From Acidimicrobiales bacterium (GTDB lineage: Bacteria > Actinomycetota > Acidimicrobiia > Acidimicrobiales > RAAP-2), in NCBI GenBank assembly GCA_043721635.1, contig JAYSQJ010000035.1, positions 1 to 53,586 of the forward strand: DNA of 53,586 nucleotides, read 5' to 3'. The stretch's first letter is position 1. Every line of letters begins with the position of its first letter. Positions 1 through 9,817 of the stretch are shown one piece after another. Position numbers and translations under genes: made by a program. The notes under the pieces are model-generated. The model did not search any database and was not told where the DNA came from. It saw only the letters and a list, made by a program, of their open reading frames with translations.

Positions 1-1
1 G

Positions 2-124
2 TTGCCGCTGCCGGCGCGGGGCAACTCCCGCCTCACGGGCATCAAAGACGAGATTGAGGCGATCGAGGAGCGAAGCAACGGCGAGCCCTTCAGCACGTCA
101 TTCGTTGGCCCGGCGACGGCCTGA
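2..124 (+). CDS. 3' end of a CDS entering from the left edge (unknown product)
   Basis: Frame 2 is open from the edge to TGA at 122-124 (LPLPARGNSRLTGIKDEIEAIEERSNGEPFSTSFVGPATA*) with GC-rich third positions. Confidence 0.45.
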   Translation: MPLPARGNSRLTGIKDEIEAIEERSNGEPFSTSFVGPATA

Positions 125-373
125 CGAGAGCCGAGGACAACGCCCGACTGACGAGTTCCATGGCCGCGGTCTTCGTCGCCCTCGTGATACCCGAGGGCCT
201 CACTTCGCCGCGCGCGATCCGGCGAGCGAGTGAGTCGAGACTGCGCTCCGCGCGACTCGTCTATTTTCCAAGAAGATTCTTATCATCCGCGCCCGACGAA
301 CGAGCGAAAGGGCGCGCGCGGGCTCGTTGCGACACTAGATTCCCCTCAATGACGAGTTTCTCAAGGAGGGACC

Positions 374-985
374 GTGACTGATGATGTCGACGTGACGGCG
401 GCGCCGGGCCACGCTGGACCGCCGCTCGATCGTCCGAAGATCCAGGTCGTGCCGTTGAAGGGGCTGCCCATCGCGGCGGTCGTGGTCATCTTCGTGGCCG
501 TGACCGTCATCGGCAACTGGAAGTGGGGCCTCATCTTCTGCCACGTGGTCGGCGGGGGACTCTGGACGGGGATCGACCTCTTCGTCGGATTCGTGATCGG
601 TCCAATCCTCGGACGTCTTTCCATACCGGCGCGCGCCGAGTTCTCAGCGCGCTTCATGCCCAAGATGGTGATCATCATGCCCACCGTTGTGACCATGACC
701 CTCGCCACCGGATTCCAGGTCGCGCGCAAGATCGGCAACCTCTCGACAACGAATCCCAACCACGCGTGGCTCGTCGTGTCGTTCTGCGTGGTCGGGGTGA
801 TGGCGGTCGTCGCGCTCGGCATCCTCGAGCCCGCCAACATCGCGGTGCTCTTCGAGATGAACAAGCCCGTGCCGAACGGTGAGCGGATCCAACGCTTGAT
901 GAACCGATTCATCTACACGGCAGGGATCACCGGCATTATGCAGATCGCCACGCTCGTTATCATGACTCGGGTGGCCTCGCGATGA
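374..985 (+). CDS. Uncharacterised multi-pass membrane protein
   Basis: AGGAGG RBS before GTG; about 5-6 hydrophobic helices; stop overlaps next start (ATGA). Confidence 0.8.
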   Translation: MTDDVDVTAAPGHAGPPLDRPKIQVVPLKGLPIAAVVVIFVAVTVIGNWKWGLIFCHVVGGGLWTGIDLFVGFVIGPILGRLSIPARAEFSARFMPKMVIIMPTVVTMTLATGFQVARKIGNLSTTNPNHAWLVVSFCVVGVMAVVALGILEPANIAVLFEMNKPVPNGERIQRLMNRFIYTAGITGIMQIATLVIMTRVASR

Positions 986-1404
986 GCGCCGAGACGCAGC
1001 CGCACGCCAACGACGTTGACCGGCCCTTCCCGCCGATCGGGTGGCTCAGCACCTTGGCGCTCGGGTGCGTCGTGGTCGGTGGAATCCTTCTCGCCTCGTA
1101 CGCGCCACGTCAGGCGCCGCTCAAAGCTCCGGTGATCCTGCTCAGTGTCGGCTCCTCGTTGCTGGTCGGCGCCGCGGTGATGCTCAGCCGGCTGCAGGAC
1201 TTCGCGTGGACGACATTCTTCAAGGTGTTCAAGTGGGAGTTGCTCGCCTACATCGTCGTCTCGGGGATGATCGAGCTCGCCTTCGTACGCGACCGCGTGC
1301 GTGGTTCGTCGCTGGTCGTCGTGACGCTAATGCTCGTCGTCTTCGCCCTCAGTGTCCCGACGACGGCGGCCTTCACCGTGGCGCGGTACCACGAGGCCGA
1401 TTAG
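982..1404 (+). CDS. Uncharacterised 4-TM membrane protein
   Basis: Translationally coupled to the upstream gene; four hydrophobic segments. Confidence 0.75.
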   Translation: MSAETQPHANDVDRPFPPIGWLSTLALGCVVVGGILLASYAPRQAPLKAPVILLSVGSSLLVGAAVMLSRLQDFAWTTFFKVFKWELLAYIVVSGMIELAFVRDRVRGSSLVVVTLMLVVFALSVPTTAAFTVARYHEAD

Positions 1405-1424
1405 CTCCCGCCCGGACCGTTGGC

Positions 1425-2630
1425 TCAGTTGGCCGGTTCGCGCGGCAGGCCGAGAACGCGCTCGCCGATGATGTTGCGCTGCACCGCCGACGTGCCGCCC
1501 CCGATGGTGAGTGCCTGGGAGTAGAGGAACCCGTACGACCAGGTGGCGCCCTCGGCGCCACCGACGGCGCCCGGTCCGCGGTTCTCCAGCATGCCGGCCG
1601 AACCGGCGAGGCGGTTGGCCAGCGTCATCACCTCTTGGCCGTGGTCGTCGGCCAGGGCCTTGCGGACACTGGCCTCGGGCCCCGGTTCGCGTCCGGCGAG
1701 CGCCGCGGACACGAGGCGCAGGCGAAGCAGTCGGAGTATCTCGCCGTGGGACCAGGCCCTTACCAGCTCGTCGCGCTCGAGCGCGGTGTGCGCGACGCCC
1801 TGGTCGCGCACCAGGTTCACGAGGTCCTGCGCGGTCGGACCCCGACCCCAGAGCACGCCCTCGCCCGAGAGCGACACCCGTTCGTTGCCCAGCGTCACCT
1901 TGGCGAGGCGCCAGCCGTCGTTCACTTGGCCGATCAGGTGATCGGCCGGTAGGCGCACTTCGTCGAGGAAGACCTCGTTGAAGGCGTGGTCGCCGGTCAT
2001 GTCGACCAGCGGGCGGATCGTGACGCCGGGGGCCCGCATCGGACAGACGAAGTAGCTGATGCCCTTTTGCAACGAGCCCTCGTTCGACGTGCGCGCGAGC
2101 AGGATGCCCCAGGTCGCCATGTGGGCGTAACTGGTCCAGACCTTCTGGCCGGTGATGACCCACTCGTCACCGTCGAGCCGAGCCGACGTCGTGAGTGCGG
2201 CGAGGTCGCTGCCGGCGCCGGGTTCGCTGAAGAGCTGGCACCAGAACTCCTCGCCGCTCAAGAGGCCGGGCAGCCAGCGCTCCTGTTGGGCTGGCGTGCC
2301 GGCGTAGAGGATGGTGGGGCCGGCCCAGCCGATGCCGATCGGGTTGATCGGACGCTGGACTCCGGCCCGACGCAGCTCGTCGTCGATGAGCAGCTGGTAG
2401 TCGACGTCGGCGCCGCGGCCCCACGGCGGGGGCAGGTTGGGCGCGACCAGACCGGCGTCGGCGAGCTCGCGACCCGACGGGCTCGGGTGCGCCCTGAGCC
2501 ACTCGAGCAGTTCGTGGCGCCGGGGGTCGAGAAGGTCGACCTCGTCGTCGTTTGGTGCGATCGTCATCGGGGCGAGCAGCCCCCGACCTTCACCGTCGTA
2601 CTCCGTGAGCACGTTCGGAGATCTCTTCAT
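1425..2630 (-). CDS. Acyl-CoA dehydrogenase (FadE-like)
   Basis: WCQLFSEPGAGSDLA, GQKVWTS, FNEVFLDEV and TIGGGTSAVQRNII motifs; start uncertain (2630 or 2636). Confidence 0.92.
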   Translation of the reverse strand: MKRSPNVLTEYDGEGRGLLAPMTIAPNDDEVDLLDPRRHELLEWLRAHPSPSGRELADAGLVAPNLPPPWGRGADVDYQLLIDDELRRAGVQRPINPIGIGWAGPTILYAGTPAQQERWLPGLLSGEEFWCQLFSEPGAGSDLAALTTSARLDGDEWVITGQKVWTSYAHMATWGILLARTSNEGSLQKGISYFVCPMRAPGVTIRPLVDMTGDHAFNEVFLDEVRLPADHLIGQVNDGWRLAKVTLGNERVSLSGEGVLWGRGPTAQDLVNLVRDQGVAHTALERDELVRAWSHGEILRLLRLRLVSAALAGREPGPEASVRKALADDHGQEVMTLANRLAGSAGMLENRGPGAVGGAEGATWSYGFLYSQALTIGGGTSAVQRNIIGERVLGLPREPAN

Positions 2631-2726
2631 GGCCACCCCCGTACCAAATCTAGTCCCGGAGGCTTCGGTCGATTTGGGAATGGCCGTAGCCCGAGGTCCC
2701 GCGCACGGCCGTGACCCCGTCGATGG

Positions 2727-4061
2727 TCAGCGCGCCTCCCCGGCCCGCTGTTCGAGCGCGGTGAGGATCGAGGTCACGGCGCTCGTCAGGTCCGACGCCG
2801 GGGCGTAGACGCGAAGCTGGGCGCCAGCGCGGCCGTGGAGGTGTGCGGCGAGCGCGGCGGCCGTGAACGGATCGTGGCCCCGGGCGATGGTCGCCGCGAT
2901 GAGGCCCGAGAGGACGTCGCCCGAGCCGGCCGTGGCGAGGGCGGGCGTGCCGGAGCGCACGACGCGCAGCCGTCCGTCTGAATCGGCGATGACGGTCGTT
3001 GGTCCCTTCAAGAGGACGACGGCGCCGATCTCGCGCGCCAACGCGCCCACGGCCCCGAATCGACTGGCCGAGACCGCGCGGCCAGTCAGTCGCTCGAATT
3101 CGCCGTCGTGGGGAGTGAGGACCCAGCGCCGCTCGGGCGCCATCGACGAGGGGATCAAGGACCGGTCGAGGCCGTCGGCGTCGAGCACGACGGGCACCTG
3201 GACGTCGCTGAGCCGATCGAAGAGCCACGGCACTGCGTCGGAGCCGAGTCCCGGGCCGGCCAGGACCGCGCGACAGCGCTGATCGATCTCGCCGGCGCCG
3301 GTGTGGACGATCTCGGGGGGCAGCCGCACCAGGCCGGTGATGTCGTCTCGACTCGTCAATCGGACCATTGACGCTCCGCCGGCCAGTGCGCCGCGCACGG
3401 CGAGCGCCGCGGCGCCGGGCATGAGGACCGATCCGGCGAGGACCTGCACGGCGTGGCGCCACTTATGGTCGTCGACGTCGCCTCGCAGGAGGTCCTCGAG
3501 GTCGCGGTCCTCCACGACGCCGTTCTCGGCGCCCTGGACGATACCCAGTCCGGCGAAGCGCAGCTCGCCGGTCAGCGCGGACGAGGGACCGTCGAGGTGC
3601 GCGGGCTTGATCGCACCGAGCGCGATCGTCACGTCGGCGCCCAGCGGCTCGCCCAGGACCGCACCGCTGTCGGCGTCGACGCCCGACACCAGATCGACGG
3701 CGAGCACCAGGGTGTTCGGCGCGACTCGGGGTGCCACGTACGGGCGCGAGCATCCCAGCCCGAAGGCGGCGTCGATCACCAAGTGGAATCCGTCGAGGGA
3801 GAGCGGCTGGCGCGCGATCTCGATCACGTCGACGACGGCGCCGCGCGAGCGCAGCCACGACGCCGCGACGCGGCCGTCCGATCCGTTCAGCCCGGGTCCG
3901 ACGAGAACGGCGATGCGGTTTCCGTAGACGCGGCGCAGCATGCGCTGCGCCTCGAGTCCGACGGCCGTGCCGGCGGCGTTCACGAGGGCGTCGACGCCAC
4001 GCTTCGCCACGGCGACGGCGTCGGCCTCGCGCATCTGAGTGGTGGTGAGTAGTGGTAGCAA
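2727..4061 (-). CDS. nnr: Bifunctional NAD(P)H-hydrate epimerase/dehydratase
   Basis: GPGLNGSDG (YjeF-N), GPGLG, VLDADGL, LTPHDGEF and LATAGSGDVLSG; TTG start at 4061 after GGAG. Confidence 0.9.
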   Translation of the reverse strand: MLPLLTTTQMREADAVAVAKRGVDALVNAAGTAVGLEAQRMLRRVYGNRIAVLVGPGLNGSDGRVAASWLRSRGAVVDVIEIARQPLSLDGFHLVIDAAFGLGCSRPYVAPRVAPNTLVLAVDLVSGVDADSGAVLGEPLGADVTIALGAIKPAHLDGPSSALTGELRFAGLGIVQGAENGVVEDRDLEDLLRGDVDDHKWRHAVQVLAGSVLMPGAAALAVRGALAGGASMVRLTSRDDITGLVRLPPEIVHTGAGEIDQRCRAVLAGPGLGSDAVPWLFDRLSDVQVPVVLDADGLDRSLIPSSMAPERRWVLTPHDGEFERLTGRAVSASRFGAVGALAREIGAVVLLKGPTTVIADSDGRLRVVRSGTPALATAGSGDVLSGLIAATIARGHDPFTAAALAAHLHGRAGAQLRVYAPASDLTSAVTSILTALEQRAGEAR

Positions 4062-4104
4062 GGGACTCCGGTCTCGTCGAGGTCCGAGACCTCGGCGGTT
4101 GGGA

Positions 4105-4428
4105 TCAGGTGATCGGCTCGGCCACGACGGCGGTTCCGTAGGCCAGGATCTCCTGGAAGGTCTGGCCCAACTCGTTCGAGTCGTAGCGCATCGCCACCAC
4201 GGCGGTCGCCCCGGCCTCGGTGGCCGCCTCGGAGAGGCGACTGAGCGCCTCGGCCCGGGCCTCTTGGAGCTGCTTGGTGAGACCACGCAACTCGCCGCCA
4301 CCTAGGGCCTTCAGGGACGCACCGATCTGAGCGCCCACGTTGCGGGAGCGAACGGTCAGTCCGTTCACCTCGCCGATGACGCGAGTGATCTGGTACCCCG
4401 GCAGATCGTTCATCGTTGAAATCAACAT
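4105..4428 (-). CDS. YbjQ/UPF0145 family protein
   Basis: GASLKALGGGEL...A..GATAVVAMRYD...EILAYGTAV signature; AAGGAGG RBS. Confidence 0.9.
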   Translation of the reverse strand: MLISTMNDLPGYQITRVIGEVNGLTVRSRNVGAQIGASLKALGGGELRGLTKQLQEARAEALSRLSEAATEAGATAVVAMRYDSNELGQTFQEILAYGTAVVAEPIT

Positions 4429-4541
4429 GAAACCCTCCTTGTCCGTTTGGGGCCAACTCTAAGTCAGCGTGGTGGCGGGCCGTCTGGGCCCAAGGTCACT
4501 TCGAAGGTTCCGTGTGGCGAGTCGCGGGCGGAGTTTAGTGA

Positions 4542-5573
4542 CTAGAAGAAGATTGCGCAGAGATCGTAGATCTCGCGGGGCACCTTTCGTCGCCCCACGG
4601 ACACCTCGGCGAGGGTCGCGAGCACGACGTTGTCGTCGCGCACCACGGGGATCATGCCGAACTTGCCCGCAATCACCGCCTCGTAGGCCCCGGCACCGAC
4701 GCGGGTGGCCCAGATGCGGTCGTGCGCGGTGGGGCTGCCGCCACGCTGGAGGTGGCCGAGCACGGTGGTGCGCACCTCGAAGTCCCCCCTCTCCTCGATC
4801 TTGGACGCCACGAACTGCCCGACGCCGCGCGTGGCGAGGCGCACGCCGCCGATGCCCTCCGTGGTGAGCTCGCTCGCCTCGACTCCGCCCAGTGTCGAGA
4901 GATTGACGCCCTCGGCGACGACGACGATGGAGAAGGCCAGTCCGGCGCTGCGACGTCGGTCGAGGTGGTCGACGATCTCTTGCATGGTGACGGGGAACTC
5001 GGGAATCACGATCATGTCGGCGCCGCCGGCGAGGCCGCCCATGGCGGCCACCCATCCGGTGGAGCGACCCATCGTCTCCACGACCATCACCCGGTGATGG
5101 GACGCGGCCGTGGTGTAGAGGCGGTCGAGCGATTCGGCCACGATACTGATTGCGCTATCGAAGCCAATGCAGTAGTCCGTCCCGAGGAGGTCGTTGTCGA
5201 GGGTCTTGGGCACCCCGATGACCGGGGCGCCGCGCTCGGCCAGCCAGCTGGAGATCCGCTGCGTGCCGTCACCGCCGATGGCGACGAGGGCGTCGAGATG
5301 CTCGTCGATGGCCCTGAGGACTCGGTCTCGTCCGCCGACCGGATTGTCGAGGTCGTAGCGGGCGGTGCCGAGCAGGGTACCGCCCTGAGCAATGACGCCT
5401 CGGAGCTCCTCAGCCCCTAGCGACTTGCCGGCGTAGTCGGTCGCCAGTCCGGCCCAGCCGTTGGCGATGCCGATTATCTCGTGGCCGTCGCGCACGGCCA
5501 TCTCACCGATCGCGCGGATGGCGGCATTGAGGCCGGGGGCGTCGCCTCCGGCAGTGAGCACACCGATGCGCAT
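4542..5573 (-). CDS. pfkA: 6-phosphofructokinase (GGDG + PKTLDND type)
   Basis: GGDAPGLN, GGDG, PKTLDND, VETMGR and LGHLQRGG; AAGGAG RBS. Confidence 0.93.
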   Translation of the reverse strand: MRIGVLTAGGDAPGLNAAIRAIGEMAVRDGHEIIGIANGWAGLATDYAGKSLGAEELRGVIAQGGTLLGTARYDLDNPVGGRDRVLRAIDEHLDALVAIGGDGTQRISSWLAERGAPVIGVPKTLDNDLLGTDYCIGFDSAISIVAESLDRLYTTAASHHRVMVVETMGRSTGWVAAMGGLAGGADMIVIPEFPVTMQEIVDHLDRRRSAGLAFSIVVVAEGVNLSTLGGVEASELTTEGIGGVRLATRGVGQFVASKIEERGDFEVRTTVLGHLQRGGSPTAHDRIWATRVGAGAYEAVIAGKFGMIPVVRDDNVVLATLAEVSVGRRKVPREIYDLCAIFF

Positions 5574-5703
5574 CTGGCTCCTTTTGCGTTGCTGACGTCA
5601 TCAGTCTACGAGCGCCATTCGACTCGACGGGCCCGACGACCGGGCCACGATTCGGCGAGCGACCAGCCGATCGTGCACCGGGCCACGCGACCGATCCGGC
5701 CTT

Positions 5704-5736
5704 GGTTATCCGAAGGTTAAATCTGTGACAAAAGTG
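5704..5736 (+). promoter_or_regulatory. Possible OmpR/PhoP-type tandem repeats upstream of the Pit transporter
   Basis: GGTTATC at 5704 and GGTTAAA at 5715 (11-bp spacing) in an AT-richer intergenic segment. Confidence 0.3.
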
Positions 5737-5792
5737 TGTGCATTCCGGTCTTTTCAGTGGAACGACGACTTTTCGACTGGTAGTAAAGAGCC

Positions 5793-6944
5793 ATGCACAA
5801 CATGCTCTTGCTGCTCATCGTGGTCGGCGTCGCCCTGGCCTTTGACTTCACGAACGGCTTCCACGACACCGCGAACGCCGTCGCCCCCACGATCGCCACC
5901 GGGGCGCTCAAGCCCCGCACCGCGGTGGCGATGTGCTCGGTCCTCAACCTCGTCGGAGCGTTCCTCTCCATCAAGGTCGCCGCGACGATCGCCAGCGCCC
6001 TCGTCGCCCAAAACCTCGTCACCCTGCCGGTCATCTTCGCGGGCCTCATTGGCGCGATCTGTTGGAACGTCACCACCTGGTACTTCGCGATCCCGTCGAG
6101 TTCGAGCCACGCCCTTATCGGCGGCGTGATCGGCGCGATGCTGGTCATGGCCGGTGGCCATTCGGTCCTGTGGAGCGGACTCGTGTCGAAGGTCATCATC
6201 CCCGCGGGGCTCGCACCCTTCGTCGCGCTGGTGGCGGCCGCGGTCGCGGTGATTGCGGCGCGCCGATTGACGTCGAAGGTCGATGCCAGCACCTCCACGA
6301 TGGGATTCCGGATTGGTCAGATCGGTTCGTCGTCACTGCTCTCCTTGGCGCACGGTACCAACGACGCGCAAAAGACCATGGGCGTCGTCACGCTGGCCCT
6401 GATCGCCAACGGCACCCTGTCCGCGAACGCATCGACCCCGGTCTGGGTGATCGTGGCCTGCGCGGTGGCGATTGCCCTCGGCACGTTCTTCGGCGGCTGG
6501 CGGATTATTCGCACAATGGGCAAGGGCTTCCACCAACTGACGCCGCAGCAGGGCTTTGCGGCGCAGATCGCGTCGTCGGCCGTGATCTTGACCTCGTCGC
6601 ACATGGGCCTGCCGCTGTCCACCACGCACGTCGCTACGGGGTCGATCGTCGGGGTGGGCGCCGCAACCACCAACCACCCGGTCCACTGGCGCCTGGTCGG
6701 CAACGTCGCGTTGGCCTGGGTCATCACCCTGCCGGCCGCCGGACTCGCCGGCGCGGTCGCCTACTTCTTCGCCCACCTCATCGGGGGCACCTTTGGCGTG
6801 ATCGTCCTCGCGCTCGTCGCGGCGGCGTACTTGGCCCTCATCTTCCGTCTCTCGAGGCGCAACGTCGTCAACTCGATCAACGTCAACGACACGATCGGCG
6901 AGACTGTCGACTCGGTCGACGCCAAGACCCCCGTCACGGTCTAG
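5793..6944 (+). CDS. pit: Inorganic phosphate transporter, PiT family
   Basis: FTNGFHDTANA, PSSSSHALIGG, HGTNDAQKTMG and PLSTTH motifs. Confidence 0.93.
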   Translation: MHNMLLLLIVVGVALAFDFTNGFHDTANAVAPTIATGALKPRTAVAMCSVLNLVGAFLSIKVAATIASALVAQNLVTLPVIFAGLIGAICWNVTTWYFAIPSSSSHALIGGVIGAMLVMAGGHSVLWSGLVSKVIIPAGLAPFVALVAAAVAVIAARRLTSKVDASTSTMGFRIGQIGSSSLLSLAHGTNDAQKTMGVVTLALIANGTLSANASTPVWVIVACAVAIALGTFFGGWRIIRTMGKGFHQLTPQQGFAAQIASSAVILTSSHMGLPLSTTHVATGSIVGVGAATTNHPVHWRLVGNVALAWVITLPAAGLAGAVAYFFAHLIGGTFGVIVLALVAAAYLALIFRLSRRNVVNSINVNDTIGETVDSVDAKTPVTV

Positions 6945-6953
6945 GGACCTTTC

Positions 6954-7205
6954 GTGGCCACCACCTCGTCCACCCCCACGCCATTCATCGACTGGTCGCT
7001 GCTCGGCCACGTCGTCGTGTACTCGGTCGCGATCGGCGTCGGACTGGTCGTCGCGTACTCCTTCGGCCTCGCCGCGCTCTCGTTGGCCCGCGGCACCGGT
7101 CGGTCAGCGCTGGTTCGCGTCACCGGTTCAATCGTGTCCGTCGCCATGGTCGCGGCCATCGCCGGGGCCCTTGTCTGGGGCCTCGTCCTCATCGTCAAGA
7201 AGTAG
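6954..7205 (+). CDS. Small 2-TM membrane protein downstream of pit
   Basis: Two hydrophobic helices; starts 9 nt after the pit stop. Confidence 0.7.
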   Translation: MATTSSTPTPFIDWSLLGHVVVYSVAIGVGLVVAYSFGLAALSLARGTGRSALVRVTGSIVSVAMVAAIAGALVWGLVLIVKK

Positions 7206-7245
7206 TCGACCGCCGCGCCTGTCGGTTTGAGGCCGTACGACCGGT

Positions 7246-8718
7246 CTAGCTGGCCGTGCTCTCCTGCTCGCGCACCCGTTGGCCACTACTGAGGACCGTG
7301 ACCGCGAAGCTGAAGACCAATGCGGCGAGGACCCCAAGGTTCGCGTAGGCCCACGGGCCGGTCTTGCCCCCGAGGCCGAAGGGCGCCAGCAAGTAGCCCT
7401 GCCACGTCAGCCACGACGCGAGTGAGTTGGTGACCAGGCCCCAGCCGAGGATGCTCGCGACGATGGTGGTGACGATGGGCAGGAGACGAACGTCACCGTA
7501 GCGGCCGCTGTTGTCGAAGAGGTCGGCGTCCACGTAATTCTGCTTGCGTTGCACGAGGTCCCCGAGGAACACCCCGCACCATGCCGCGATAGGCACCCCG
7601 ACGGTGATGAGGAAGCCCTCGAACTGGGCGAGGAAGCCACCCGACACGAAGACGATGTAGATCGTCCCGACGAGCATGATGACGCCGTCGACGCCGGCGG
7701 CGGCGAAACGAGGGATCCGGATGCCGGCCGAGAGCATCGACAGTCCCGAGGAGTAGATGTCGAGCACCGCTCCACCAACGAGACCGAGGATCGCCACGAC
7801 GGCGAACGGGACGAGGAACCAGGTCGGCAACAGGTTCGCCAGCGCTCCCACCGGATCGCTGGCGACGGCCGAGCTGAGCGACTTCGACGACCCCGCGAGC
7901 AGCAGACCGAAGAACACGAGTATCAGCGGGGCGATCGAGGACCCGAAGGTCGTCCACCAGACCACGCCGCGGGTCGAGGCGTTGCGGGGCAGGTAGCGCG
8001 AGTAGTCGGCGGCGGTATTGACCCACCCGAGTCCGAAGCCCGTCATCACGAAGACCAGCGCGCCGATGAGGGCCTGCGTCGAGCCGCTCGGGGTGTGTGA
8101 GACGACGTGCCAGCTGATGTGCTTGAAGGTGAGGACGATGAAGACGACCGTGAGCACGCCGGTCACCACGGTGATAACGGCTTGCATCCGCATGATCAGG
8201 TCGAAGCCCATGACACCGCCGCCGATGATCAGCGCACCGATGACCAGCATGGCGACGACTTTGACCCCCGTGCCGCCGCCCCAGCCCAGCCGGGTGAAGA
8301 CCGTGGACGTGGCGAGGACGGCGATGACACTGAGCGCCGTCTCCCAGCCCACGCAGAGCAGCCACGAGATGGCCGCCGGGAGGCGGTTGCCGCGCACGCC
8401 GTAGGCGGCGCGGCTGAGGACCATCGTGGGGGCCGAGCCCCGCTTGCCGGCGGTGGCGATGACGCCGCACAGCCAGAAGCTAAAGACGACGCCGACGGCG
8501 CCCACGACGACCGCCTGCCAGAACGAGATGCCAAATCCCAGAATGTACGAGCCGTAGCTCAGCCCGAGCACCGAGACGTTCGCCCCGAACCAGGGCCAGA
8601 ACAGCTCGCGAGGCAGGCCCCGGCGCTCACTCTCGGCGATAACGTTGATGCCGTTGCCCTCCACGCGCAACGCACTGCCGCCGCCGGTACCCAGTAGTTC
8701 CGAGATTTCGTTGCTCAC
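7246..8718 (-). CDS. Purine-cytosine permease (NCS1 family)
   Basis: VEGNGINVI, FWPWFGAN, MVLSRAAYGVRG and ADYSRYLP; GGAGGAGG RBS before GTG at 8718. Confidence 0.9.
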   Translation of the reverse strand: MSNEISELLGTGGGSALRVEGNGINVIAESERRGLPRELFWPWFGANVSVLGLSYGSYILGFGISFWQAVVVGAVGVVFSFWLCGVIATAGKRGSAPTMVLSRAAYGVRGNRLPAAISWLLCVGWETALSVIAVLATSTVFTRLGWGGGTGVKVVAMLVIGALIIGGGVMGFDLIMRMQAVITVVTGVLTVVFIVLTFKHISWHVVSHTPSGSTQALIGALVFVMTGFGLGWVNTAADYSRYLPRNASTRGVVWWTTFGSSIAPLILVFFGLLLAGSSKSLSSAVASDPVGALANLLPTWFLVPFAVVAILGLVGGAVLDIYSSGLSMLSAGIRIPRFAAAGVDGVIMLVGTIYIVFVSGGFLAQFEGFLITVGVPIAAWCGVFLGDLVQRKQNYVDADLFDNSGRYGDVRLLPIVTTIVASILGWGLVTNSLASWLTWQGYLLAPFGLGGKTGPWAYANLGVLAALVFSFAVTVLSSGQRVREQESTAS

Positions 8719-8731
8719 TGCGCCTCCTCCG

Positions 8732-8789
8732 GGACGCCGCGCGCCACCGCGGACGATTTTAGGCAGTACTCGAGGACGCCGCGCGCCAC
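8732..8789. repeat. 16-bp perfect direct repeat GGACGCCGCGCGCCAC (2 copies)
   Basis: Copies at 8732-8747 and 8774-8789, 42 bp apart, in the divergent permease/kinase intergenic region. Confidence 0.75.
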
Positions 8790-8842
8790 GGACAACGAAC
8801 GCCTCGTTATATTCTTCACGACGTCGTCGGTAAGGTGGCGAG

Positions 8843-9769
8843 GTGAGCACTTCGCCACGCCTCTTCTGTCTCGACACGGTCATGATTGACATCGTCCTGA
8901 GGATCTCGTCGATTCCCAAACGCGGCTCGGACGTCCTCGCCTCGCGGCACCTGCTGGCGACGGGTGGCGGCTACAACGCTATGAGCTCGGCCGCGCGTCA
9001 GGGCCTGGCGGTCTCCTACGCCGGGCGACTTGGCACCGGCCCGTTCTCGACAATCGCCAGCGCGGCGCTCGACCGCGACGGCGTCGTGCACGATATCGAG
9101 CCCAACCCCGACCTCGACAACGGCTTCTGCGTGGCGCTGGTCGACCCCGAGGGCGAACGGACCTTCATCACTTCGCGCGGTGCCGAGGGCACGCTGGGAG
9201 CCTCGGACCTCGCAGAACTGCCGGTGCGCCCGGGCGACTACGTGCTGCTCTCGGGTTACAACTTCATGGATCCGCTGCCGTCTGAGGTCATCCTCTCGTG
9301 GCTGGGGGGCCTCGCTGACGACGTGGTGGTGACGTTCGACCCGTCTAACCGGGTGCTGGACATCCCCCGGGACCATCTCGACGTCGTGCTCGCGCGCGCC
9401 GACTGGATGGTGTGCAACGAGTACGAGGCCGTTCAGCTCGTCGGGGGCGCCACGCCCGCAGAGTCGGCCGTCGCCCTGGGCGAGATGACGGGCCGCCGGG
9501 GAGTTGTCGTGCGCCACGGGGCGACGGGCTGCACCGTGGCGCTCGACGACGACCTTCCCATCACCGTGGCGGGCTTCGCGACCGACGTCGTGGACACCAA
9601 TGGCGCCGGCGACACCCACAACGGCGTTCTGCTGGCCGAACTCGCACACGGCGTCGGTCCCCTCGAGGCAGCCCGACGGGCCAACGCCGCGGCGGCGATC
9701 GCCATCAGTCAGTTCGGCCCCGCGACCTGTCCTTCGCGTGACGCCATCGACCAGTGGATCGAGAGCTGA
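8843..9769 (+). CDS. PfkB-family carbohydrate/nucleoside kinase
   Basis: GGGYN, GERTF, CNEYEA and VDTNGAGDTHNG; TAAGGT 6 nt before GTG. Confidence 0.9.
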   Translation: MSTSPRLFCLDTVMIDIVLRISSIPKRGSDVLASRHLLATGGGYNAMSSAARQGLAVSYAGRLGTGPFSTIASAALDRDGVVHDIEPNPDLDNGFCVALVDPEGERTFITSRGAEGTLGASDLAELPVRPGDYVLLSGYNFMDPLPSEVILSWLGGLADDVVVTFDPSNRVLDIPRDHLDVVLARADWMVCNEYEAVQLVGGATPAESAVALGEMTGRRGVVVRHGATGCTVALDDDLPITVAGFATDVVDTNGAGDTHNGVLLAELAHGVGPLEAARRANAAAAIAISQFGPATCPSRDAIDQWIES

Positions 9770-9817
9770 GAAACGCCCCTTGGCGTCACTGACGTAACGT
9801 GACCTGAGAGGGGGGCG

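Noticed and set aside
125-373. Possible riboswitch/ncRNA, or the 73-aa ORF at 160-381
   Set aside because: Only short GC hairpins and no recognisable aptamer consensus; the ORF lacks protein-like features
4542-5573. PPi-dependent phosphofructokinase
   Set aside because: GGDG rather than GGDD at the donor-specificity position favours ATP use; unremarkable for Actinobacteria
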